Shown here: positions 9,103 through 15,738 of the stretch, piece by piece | Layout of the letters: the number at the start of each line of letters is the position of its first letter | How positions within the stretch are numbered: position 1 is the first letter of the stretch | The notes under the pieces: model-generated | What the model saw: the letters and a program-made list of their open reading frames with translations, nothing else | What the model was told of the DNA's origin: nothing | The model's database searches: none | Source of the DNA: a virus | Taxonomy: Duplodnaviria > Heunggongvirae > Uroviricota > Caudoviricetes > Crassvirales | DNA length: 23,603 nt | IMG/VR virus record: IMGVR_UViG_3300042691_023995 | Span: 64,001-87,603 of that record | Direction: 5' to 3' (one strand) | Made by a program: the position numbers and the translations under genes

Positions 9103-9119
9103 TTTATTTCATAGATTCG
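9088..9119 (+). promoter_or_regulatory. Bacteroidota-type promoter for the lysis leader: TTTG(9088-9091)-N20-TAGATTCG(9112-9119)
   Basis: Exact -33 box; the -7 box has one mismatch; 20-nt spacer. Confidence 0.55.
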
Positions 9120-9155
9120 CACCAGACAACTACTCTGTCAAGTTATTGCTATATT

Positions 9156-9188
9156 ATGCCTCGTTCTGGGGTAAAAATTTACATCTAG
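9156..9188 (+). CDS. Candidate 10-aa upstream ORF MPRSGVKIYI
   Basis: ATG at 9156 with A at -3 and TAG at 9186-9188, ending 10 nt before the hairpin. It could be a chance ORF. Confidence 0.3.
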   Translation: MPRSGVKIYI

Positions 9189-9198
9189 CCAAAACTAC

Positions 9199-9247
9199 AT
9201 AGCGCTTCTGGTCTCTGTTCGGAGGAGACTGGTGGCGCTATATTTTT
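9199..9247 (+). terminator. Intrinsic terminator-like hairpin upstream of the lysis cassette
   Basis: ATAGCGCTTCTGGTCTCT-GTTCGGA-GGAGACTGGTGGCGCTAT gives 13 Watson-Crick pairs, 4 G-U pairs and 1 mismatch, followed by TTTTT (9243-9247). The G-U pairs favour folding of the plus-strand RNA. Confidence 0.6.
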
Positions 9248-9273
9248 AACCCTAATTCCCATGTAATCATCCC

Positions 9274-9591
9274 ATGGAAAACGTATTTGAAGAATCTGTA
9301 AAACAAGAGCTTAAAAGCATGGACCAACGTCTGTATGATCTGGAGGAGAAGATTAACTCCATAGATACAAAATTAACACAGGTGGTAGCGGCTATTATGG
9401 GAAACCCTCTTACTAAGCAGGGTGGATTCATTAATGATATCGAATACCTAGAAAAGAAGATAGAGAACCTTGAAAAGAAGGTGGAGTCTCACGAAGAGTT
9501 TAAGAAGAAGGTGTATTGGGGAGCAGCTATATTAGGCTTCCTGGTTATAGTGGGTGAGTATGCTCTTAAGCTTTATGCTTCACTTAAATAG
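9274..9591 (+). CDS. Coiled-coil protein with a C-terminal transmembrane helix (holin/antiholin-like)
   Basis: Heptad-rich body, then VYWGAAILGFLVIVGEYAL. First gene of the lysis block. Confidence 0.5.
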   Translation: MENVFEESVKQELKSMDQRLYDLEEKINSIDTKLTQVVAAIMGNPLTKQGGFINDIEYLEKKIENLEKKVESHEEFKKKVYWGAAILGFLVIVGEYALKLYASLK

Positions 9592-9596
9592 TTAAT

Positions 9597-10208
9597 ATGC
9601 AGTTTATTAAGAATAACTTTTTCAACCTACTTGTACTAGCTCTGTTGGGAATCATCTTCCTTCAGAAGTGTAATCAGCCTGTAGACCCAGGGGTTCCTAC
9701 AGTGATTAGAGATACAACTTGGGTTGTCAAGGATTCCTTGATAGTTAGCAAACCACAGCTTATCAAGTCTATTTCTGTAGAGTCACACGACACCATCATA
9801 AACAACTACATCCCAGACACTAACTACGCCCGCCTGGCTGATCAGTATCAAAAGGTAGTGGCTGAACTGCTAGCCAAGAACATCCATCAGGATAGTATCA
9901 GGATTGACAGTACAGGATATGTAAGTATAACAGACACAGTACAGAAAAACGTTATTGTTGGTAGATCCACCTATGTGAATCTCAAACACCCAATAATCAA
10001 GGAAACCATCACTCTACCTGCAAAAAAGGTTACCCAGCTCTATGTAGGGGGGGTCATCCAAGCAGCTCCTGCAATTAACCAAGCAGGGGTGGGTGCTCTT
10101 CTGAAAACCAGGAATGATTTTCTGTTTGGAGGGTCACTAAGTGTAAACACTTATGGCAACCTGCAATACGGTGTGGGGGCTTATTGGAAGTTAAAACTTA
10201 AAAAATAA
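9597..10208 (+). CDS. Membrane-anchored, possibly lipoprotein, lysis accessory (spanin-like)
   Basis: N-terminal hydrophobic segment LLVLALLGIIFLQKC ending in Cys; C-terminal beta-rich region ending YWKLKLKK. Confidence 0.45.
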   Translation: MQFIKNNFFNLLVLALLGIIFLQKCNQPVDPGVPTVIRDTTWVVKDSLIVSKPQLIKSISVESHDTIINNYIPDTNYARLADQYQKVVAELLAKNIHQDSIRIDSTGYVSITDTVQKNVIVGRSTYVNLKHPIIKETITLPAKKVTQLYVGGVIQAAPAINQAGVGALLKTRNDFLFGGSLSVNTYGNLQYGVGAYWKLKLKK

Positions 10209-10214
10209 TAGAAC

Positions 10215-10682
10215 ATGCAGATTTCAAAACACCTATCTCTAGCTGAGGTGAGCAGAAGTGAAACCGCTAAGCGTAAGGGTATCAACAACACTCCCTCTGG
10301 AGAACATCTGGAGAACTTCAAGAAGTTGGCTGAGAACATATTTGAGCCTATTCGTGAGCACTTTGCTGTGCCTATCCACATTAGTTCTGGCTACAGAAGT
10401 AAGGAGCTTAATGCTTCTATTGGTGGGGCTTCTAGCTCTCAACACTGCTCTGGTGAGGCAATTGATATCGATATGGATGGTTCATCATCTGGCGTATCTA
10501 ACGCAGATGTGTTTAAATACATTAAGGACAATCTGAACTTTGACCAGCTCATCTGGGAATTTGGTTCAGATAGCAACCCTGACTGGGTGCATGTATCTTA
10601 TGAGGCCACTGGTAAGCAGCGCAAGCAGATCTTGAAGGCTGTTAAGTCTGGTGGTAAGACGTCTTACGTACCCTTTAAATAA
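10215..10682 (+). CDS. Endolysin, peptidase M15A (Zn D-Ala-D-Ala peptidase fold)
   Basis: ISSGYRS, SQH..GEAIDI (H-x6-D), FDQLIWE, WVHVSY. Confidence 0.88.
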   Translation: MQISKHLSLAEVSRSETAKRKGINNTPSGEHLENFKKLAENIFEPIREHFAVPIHISSGYRSKELNASIGGASSSQHCSGEAIDIDMDGSSSGVSNADVFKYIKDNLNFDQLIWEFGSDSNPDWVHVSYEATGKQRKQILKAVKSGGKTSYVPFK

Positions 10683-10688
10683 TTGAAA

Positions 10689-10955
10689 ATGAAGAAGTTC
10701 TTAAAAGATTTATTCAATGATGACAACTCTATCAATGAGAAAGCTGTCGTTGGATTCATAGCCTTCCTCATGATGGTAATCACTCTGGCTACAGATATTG
10801 TCACTGGTGTATTGGGTAGAGAAATGCCCATCCAGGAGTTCATATTTGATGGCTTCATGGTGATCGTAATAGGATCATTTGGAATAGCTTCCGTAGATAA
10901 ATGGATTAACAAAACAAAAGGAAATAAAGATGAGCAAGAAGGAACTGAAGGTTAG
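10689..10955 (+). CDS. Two-TM membrane protein (holin candidate)
   Basis: AVVGFIAFLMMVITLA and FIFDGFMVIVIGSFGIA, with a charged C-terminus. ATG at 10689 preferred over TTG at 10683. Confidence 0.55.
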   Translation: MKKFLKDLFNDDNSINEKAVVGFIAFLMMVITLATDIVTGVLGREMPIQEFIFDGFMVIVIGSFGIASVDKWINKTKGNKDEQEGTEG

Positions 10956-11214
10956 TGCCCTCCCAATTAGCTTTGCAGAATTTGCAAAGGAGCCTGTAAA
11001 AGGGCTTATGTTTATCTGCTTGGTGGCTGTGGGCTACCTCTATGTAGATGGCAAAATCAATTACAACAATCAGATTGAAACTCAAGGAAAGAAGATTGAG
11101 GTGTTGGAGACAAAGGTGGATTTGCTAACCAATCAGCTTAGAAAGTCTGACAGTGCGCTTAGCTCTGCTATGTCTAAAATAGCAACCCTCCAAGAACTAG
11201 GTAAAATCAAATAG
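10930..11214 (+). CDS. TM + coiled-coil protein (inner-membrane spanin-like)
   Basis: LMFICLVAVGYLYV followed by about 50 aa of heptad repeats. Confidence 0.45.
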   Translation: MSKKELKVSALPISFAEFAKEPVKGLMFICLVAVGYLYVDGKINYNNQIETQGKKIEVLETKVDLLTNQLRKSDSALSSAMSKIATLQELGKIK

Positions 11215-11217
11215 GAT

Positions 11218-11568
11218 ATGAGAAAGCTTCTCCTTTTTTTATTGTTAACTGGTTGTGCATCAGCACCCACCCCTAAAATTGAGAGCCATGAAAGCGATTC
11301 AATTCTTGTTAAAAGCGAAAGCACATTTGTCACAAGCACTACAGTTTTTAAACAAGTTGATAAGTCCATCAACAAAAAAGTGAATAAGGTTGTGAAGGAA
11401 ATGGTCCAATTGAAGATTGAGAACAAACAATTGACTAAGGCAGCTTCTGTAAAGACAATCATCAGAGATACGATATACATCACTGAGAAGAAAAACTTCT
11501 GGGGTAAGACAAAGAAAACAACAGACTCTTCCCAAGGAGTGATAGTAGATACTCTTGAAAATCAATAA
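11218..11568 (+). CDS. Lipoprotein (outer-membrane spanin-like)
   Basis: Signal peptide II MRKLLLFLLLTGC with lipobox LTGC. Confidence 0.6.
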   Translation: MRKLLLFLLLTGCASAPTPKIESHESDSILVKSESTFVTSTTVFKQVDKSINKKVNKVVKEMVQLKIENKQLTKAASVKTIIRDTIYITEKKNFWGKTKKTTDSSQGVIVDTLENQ

Positions 11569-11571
11569 GTT

Positions 11572-11700
11572 ATGGCAAAATCAAAATCATCAGGCGAATC
11601 CCGTAAGATAAGCTTTGGGAAGCGCAAGGGTGGGAAAGCTAAGAAGACTAGCGGACCCAAGGACAAGAAGGTCTCTAAATACAGAGGTCAAGGCAGATAA
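11572..11700 (+). CDS. 42-aa basic microprotein ending KYRGQGR (not in ORF track)
   Basis: MAKSKSSGESRKISFGKRKGGKAKKTSGPKDKKVSKYRGQGR; starts 3 nt after the upstream stop. Confidence 0.65.
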   Translation: MAKSKSSGESRKISFGKRKGGKAKKTSGPKDKKVSKYRGQGR

Positions 11701-11727
11701 CGAAAACCCCCTATATGGAAGGTGACC

Positions 11728-11943
11728 ATGCTAAGAAAACAAAGAAACAGGCTAATAGCCCTAAGAGATGCATCCCTAATGCTAGCGATGTTTTTCCTAC
11801 CATTTGGGTACGATTTCCTTTTCAAGTTGATAATGGAGGTAACTGGATCATTCTGGGCAGCAGATCTTATCTTCTATGGAATCTCAGGATCGTTCTTTGT
11901 CTCCTATATTTTGCTGTCCAAATATTTAAACAAAGTTAGTTAG
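11728..11943 (+). CDS. Small two-TM membrane protein
   Basis: Basic N-terminus, then SLMLAMFFLPFGY and LIFYGISGSFFVSYILL. Start is ATG 11728 or GTG 11722. Confidence 0.5.
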   Translation: MLRKQRNRLIALRDASLMLAMFFLPFGYDFLFKLIMEVTGSFWAADLIFYGISGSFFVSYILLSKYLNKVS

Positions 11944-11986
11944 AGCTGTTTTAACGAACTTGGTTATTGTAATTTATTGAAGCTCA

Positions 11987-12016
11987 TTGTTTTTAGTTAT
12001 AAACACCTTACATTTG
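11987..12016 (+). promoter_or_regulatory. Bacteroidota promoter: TTG(11987-11989)-N19-TACATTTG(12009-12016)
   Basis: Exact -7 box and partial -33 box, 7 nt before the ATG at 12024. Confidence 0.6.
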
Positions 12017-12023
12017 TTACCTT

Positions 12024-12902
12024 ATGCCAATACCCTCAAGACAGATAGGCTGGAGCACGCAGGATAACCTGTTGTGGCAGATTGCTAAACAAATAGAGCA
12101 AGCTGAATGTCAGCTCTGTACGCTTAACGATAACATCCAAACTATCACTGGTACATCTGGTACCAGCGGGTCTAGTGGTATTTCTGGTGCTCCTGGTTCA
12201 TCAGGAACTTCTGGTACTAGTGGTGTAAGCTTATATTACGGATCTTTTATATTTGATCATGCCACTACACTAACCTCAGCCATGAACTCTAACACCACCA
12301 ACCCAATTCAGGTGGTGAGTACAACAGGATTCAGTGCTCCTGGGTATTTAAGAATTAATACAGAGATTATAGCCTATACAGGCATATCTGGAAACACATT
12401 TACAGGCATCACAAGGGGTGTGGCTAGTTCTGGTGGATCTAACCACAGTATTGGTGATGGGGTGGCTCAAGCTCAATATACATCTGCTGGTGTACCTAAA
12501 CAGGTGTTGTTAGATGAAACTGATCTATCAAACGGAGCAGTGTTGAATGTCCTTACAGGAGATGTTACAATTGCTAATTCTGGAGTTTACAACTTACAGT
12601 TTAGTGCTCAGCTTGAAAACTTCAGTAACGATGTTGAAGATGCCATCATCTGGTTTACAGTGAATGGGAACGATGTTCCTAAGTCAGCTAGTTACATAAC
12701 AACTCCCACTATCCATGGAGGTACACCTGGTGCCACCCTCATGACAGTGAACATTTTTTATACAATCACTGGTGGTGATGTAGTGGGTTTGAAATGGACT
12801 AGTAAGAACGGCAAGACAGCCATAACAAGCATACCTCCTGTAGGAAGCACCATACCGCAGTCCCCAGGAGTTATTTTTACAGTAAATAAAATAGGAATAT
12901 AA
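12024..12902 (+). CDS. Fibre-like structural protein: MPIPSR coiled-coil module + Gly-X-Ser repeat + beta-rich C-terminal domains
   Basis: LLWQIAKQIEQAECQLC heptads; Gly at every third residue from 43 to 67; C-terminal VTIANSGVYNLQFSAQL resembling C1q/BclA-type heads. Confidence 0.6.
   Translation: MPIPSRQIGWSTQDNLLWQIAKQIEQAECQLCTLNDNIQTITGTSGTSGSSGISGAPGSSGTSGTSGVSLYYGSFIFDHATTLTSAMNSNTTNPIQVVSTTGFSAPGYLRINTEIIAYTGISGNTFTGITRGVASSGGSNHSIGDGVAQAQYTSAGVPKQVLLDETDLSNGAVLNVLTGDVTIANSGVYNLQFSAQLENFSNDVEDAIIWFTVNGNDVPKSASYITTPTIHGGTPGATLMTVNIFYTITGGDVVGLKWTSKNGKTAITSIPPVGSTIPQSPGVIFTVNKIGI
12150..12224 (+). repeat. Gly-X-Y (mostly G-T/S-S) collagen-like triplet repeat
   Basis: GTS GTS GSS GIS GAP GSS GTS GTS G. 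Confidence 0.85.
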
Positions 12903-12903
12903 A

Positions 12904-13056
12904 ATGCCAATACCATCAAGAGGAATAGGTTGGGGTACAACAGAGAATTTGTTGTGGCAAATAGCCAAGCAGCTGGAGGGTATTTCCTGCCAGCTTTGTG
13001 ATTTGAATAACAACTTCACCACCACAACCACCACGACCACCGTATCCCCAGGATAA
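12904..13056 (+). CDS. 50-aa paralogue of the 12024 N-terminus with a Thr8 tail (not in ORF track)
   Basis: MPIPSRGIGWGTTENLLWQIAKQLEGISCQLCDLNNNFTTTTTTTTVSPG; starts 1 nt after the upstream stop; identical residues often use different synonymous codons from the 12024 gene. Confidence 0.85.
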   Translation: MPIPSRGIGWGTTENLLWQIAKQLEGISCQLCDLNNNFTTTTTTTTVSPG

Positions 13057-13084
13057 CATAAGTTATAAACCAACAAAACTACAT

Positions 13085-14101
13085 ATGAAGGATTTAAAGT
13101 ATGTCTGTGTTCAACCAGATGATACCTACTACACATGGCAGGTACACCTTTGGTTGGAGAGCCTTAGAAAGAGAAATGAATCTGACAAGGCTATTGTTCT
13201 GATATTCATCCCCAAAACTAGGGAACAGAACCCTAAGTGGCAGCAAGTGATTGACCTCTATCCTGAGGCAGAGTTTCACTTCTACAAGGATGAACATGAC
13301 GTAAGTCAATTATTAGGAATCTACATCCCTGTTCTGAGACCTTACACCCTCTGGAGACATTGGAAAGAACATCCAGAACTAAGTGATAAAGCTATATTCT
13401 ACTGTGATTCAGACGTCATCTTTACAGAGAAGTTTGATGTTCAACAGTTTATAGACGATGATATATGCTACCTATCTGAAACAACTAGCTACATAAGCGC
13501 TGCGTATTTTGATAGTAAGGTGAGAGATGTCAAGCCTGAGAAACTAGAAGAATACAAGACAAGAGATGTTCTTGCTGAAATAGGCAGTGTAGTTGGTATC
13601 AGCAGGGAGGAAGCAGAAGCTAAGAACAATGATTCTGGTGGAGCTCAATATCTCCTCAAGAACATAGATGCTAAGTTCTGGAGCAAGGTGATGAACGATT
13701 GCATCCTAATTAGGAGCTATCTGCAGAGAATAAACAAAGAGTTCTTTGAGAACGAAAACAAAGGATTCCAAAGCTGGTGCGCTGATATGTGGGCTGTGCT
13801 GTGGAATCTGTGGGTGAGAGAAAAAGAGGTGAAGGTGATTCCTGAAATGGGATTCAGCTGGGCACCAGACCCCATCACTAAACTAGAAACACACCCCATC
13901 CTTCATAATGCAGGAATTGTAGCTACACAAATGGATGGTTACAACTGTTTTTACAAGGGTAAATACCACCTAGGTGTTGATCCTTCAAAAGATGCGCATC
14001 TAGATGCAGTTCTCAATGATGAGAAAGCAAAACCAAGGTGCACATGGTATTACACAAACGAGTTGAAAAACTTATTTAATAAATATAACCTTAACTATTA
14101 A
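13085..14101 (+). CDS. GT-A glycosyltransferase resembling HPAT/SERGT1 peptide O-glycosyltransferases (CAZy GT95/GT96-like)
   Basis: DDTYYTWQ, YIPVLRPY, FYCDSD (DxD), GGAQY, SWCADMWA and ILHNAG appear in the same order as HPAT/SERGT motifs recalled from memory (YxxWQ, YxxxNRP, DxD/EPD, WxxEMY, IxHY). Confidence 0.65.
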   Translation: MKDLKYVCVQPDDTYYTWQVHLWLESLRKRNESDKAIVLIFIPKTREQNPKWQQVIDLYPEAEFHFYKDEHDVSQLLGIYIPVLRPYTLWRHWKEHPELSDKAIFYCDSDVIFTEKFDVQQFIDDDICYLSETTSYISAAYFDSKVRDVKPEKLEEYKTRDVLAEIGSVVGISREEAEAKNNDSGGAQYLLKNIDAKFWSKVMNDCILIRSYLQRINKEFFENENKGFQSWCADMWAVLWNLWVREKEVKVIPEMGFSWAPDPITKLETHPILHNAGIVATQMDGYNCFYKGKYHLGVDPSKDAHLDAVLNDEKAKPRCTWYYTNELKNLFNKYNLNY

Positions 14102-14112
14102 CCCTAATTATT

Positions 14113-14319
14113 ATGGGAAGCATTGACACAAGACCTTTAAAAGCTTATGTCCGTTTCGATGGAAGCGGAAGAATAGTTGCAGGTAGTCTTATACTGAGAA
14201 GAAAGAAGCCCAAGGTTGGTAAGTGGGTAGAAATTCCAGCGTATGAGTGCTGCAATCTTACAACCACGACCACTACAACAGTGGCTCCTACAACAACTAC
14301 TACCACTACACTCATCTAA
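14113..14319 (+). CDS. 68-aa protein: VRFDG..CC module + Thr7-VAP-Thr7 tail
   Basis: LKAYVRFDGSGRIVAGSLILRRKKPKVGKWVEIPAYECC followed by the poly-Thr tail. Confidence 0.85.
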   Translation: MGSIDTRPLKAYVRFDGSGRIVAGSLILRRKKPKVGKWVEIPAYECCNLTTTTTTTVAPTTTTTTTLI

Positions 14320-14330
14320 ACCCTTAACAC

Positions 14331-15125
14331 ATGTTTAATAACAATCAAAGAAAGGGACTGAAGGCTTGGGTTAGATATGACGGTAATAAAAATGCTGTAG
14401 CTGGAAGTCTTATATTCCAAAAAGATAAACCCAAGGTGGGCAATTGGAAGGAATACATGGATGTGAATCTGTGTTGCCCTGCCACACCAAGTGGTGGATA
14501 TGAATGCTGTATTGCCATACAGGGTGTTGCAGAAAGTGAAACTGGATTGTATGGTTTTACAATTGAAACTAGAAACAGTGGACCCAATTTAACAGGAACT
14601 ATCCATTGGACATCTACACAAAGTGAGAGCTTCTCCCTTGTTTCTAACGGGGATGATTATGATTTTGAATACAACTTTGGAGATTCAATCCCTCACACTA
14701 TCTACTTATGTATAGACAATCCTAGTCAAATCTTAGACTTTGAGATTGGGTTTGGTCCTGGTGTGGCTCAGTCAATCTCCAATCTTCAGCAATTAGAAGG
14801 TTTTGGCGAGTGGGATGGTGATGATATGGCATTCACATCTCTAGATTTTACAGGACTCACTTCATTTAATGAATTATATAACATAGATACGGGACTTCAG
14901 CATATAAATATTACAGGTTGTGTAAACTTGGATGCTGTTGAATTAACTGGAAATGCTTTAACACAAGCTTCTGTAGATCATGTTCTTATTACACTTGATA
15001 ATAATGGTTTAACAGGTGGATATCTTGATCTTAGTGGAGGCACTAATTCTGCACCATCTGTTGCAGGATCAGCAGCTGAGGCAAGTCTCTTATTAAAAGC
15101 TTGGAGCGTAAGTGTTAATCCCTAA
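14331..15125 (+). CDS. VRYDG..CC module + acidic beta/LRR-like C-terminal region (putative surface/decoration protein)
   Basis: N-terminus paralogous to 14113. C-terminal LDFTGLTSFNEL, INITGCVNLDAVELTGNALTQASVD has leucine-rich-repeat-like periodicity. Confidence 0.6.
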   Translation: MFNNNQRKGLKAWVRYDGNKNAVAGSLIFQKDKPKVGNWKEYMDVNLCCPATPSGGYECCIAIQGVAESETGLYGFTIETRNSGPNLTGTIHWTSTQSESFSLVSNGDDYDFEYNFGDSIPHTIYLCIDNPSQILDFEIGFGPGVAQSISNLQQLEGFGEWDGDDMAFTSLDFTGLTSFNELYNIDTGLQHINITGCVNLDAVELTGNALTQASVDHVLITLDNNGLTGGYLDLSGGTNSAPSVAGSAAEASLLLKAWSVSVNP

Positions 15126-15137
15126 AATTTAAACATC

Positions 15138-15290
15138 ATGCCAATAAAAAAAGTAACCCCAGAAGAAAAAGCCATCAGAGAAGCTCAAAATAAGAAGGTG
15201 TCTGACTATATAAAAGAAGGTAAAACTGTTGAAGAGGCTAGGGAGCTTGTAAAAGCTGCTAAACAAAAAATTATAAAAAATGGCAAATAG
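15138..15290 (+). CDS. 50-aa charged helical microprotein (not in ORF track)
   Basis: MPIKKVTPEEKAIREAQNKKVSDYIKEGKTVEEARELVKAAKQKIIKNGK; A-rich leader; overlaps the next start. Confidence 0.55.
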   Translation: MPIKKVTPEEKAIREAQNKKVSDYIKEGKTVEEARELVKAAKQKIIKNGK

Positions 15291-15720
15291 AAACGCATTA
15301 CAGGCATACGTTCGTTTTGATGGAACAGGACGTGTGATACCAGGAAGCTTGATTCTCAACAGATTCAAGCCACAGGTGGGAAACTGGAAACAAATTGGTT
15401 CCTATGAATGTTGTGATCCATTCTGTCTTCCTCCAGTGTATGGAGAAGACTACATCATTATAGACGCTGTTGAGGTGGAAGGTGGAATCACTTTCCAAAT
15501 TGCAACTAATCCTTTTATTAGTGGTCTTGTATTGGAAGTTTGTATGGTTGATTGTGATTCAACTCCTCCAGATAGAATTCTTCCTTTGCAGATTGAACTA
15601 ATCCAGGGTAATGAATACAACTACTTTGTTCCTAATGCCATTCTTGACCAGTCATGCGCTCTTGGATTCAGAAGAATCTGTGAAGCTACACAGTCTGGAT
15701 GGTCTCTTTCAGGTGGATAA
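15280..15720 (+). CDS. VRFDG..CC module + Cys-containing acidic C-terminal domain
   Basis: LQAYVRFDGTGRVIPGSLILNRFKPQVGNWKQIGSYECC, the third copy of the module. Confidence 0.7.
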   Translation: MANRNALQAYVRFDGTGRVIPGSLILNRFKPQVGNWKQIGSYECCDPFCLPPVYGEDYIIIDAVEVEGGITFQIATNPFISGLVLEVCMVDCDSTPPDRILPLQIELIQGNEYNYFVPNAILDQSCALGFRRICEATQSGWSLSGG

Positions 15721-15738
15721 TATTAAAAACTTAATACA

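Noticed and set aside
12024-13056. Diversity-generating retroelement template/variable repeat pair
   Set aside because: Differences between the paralogous starts are spread over all bases and are often synonymous, not adenine-specific, and no reverse transcriptase is in the window. The same holds for the 14113/14331/15280 set.
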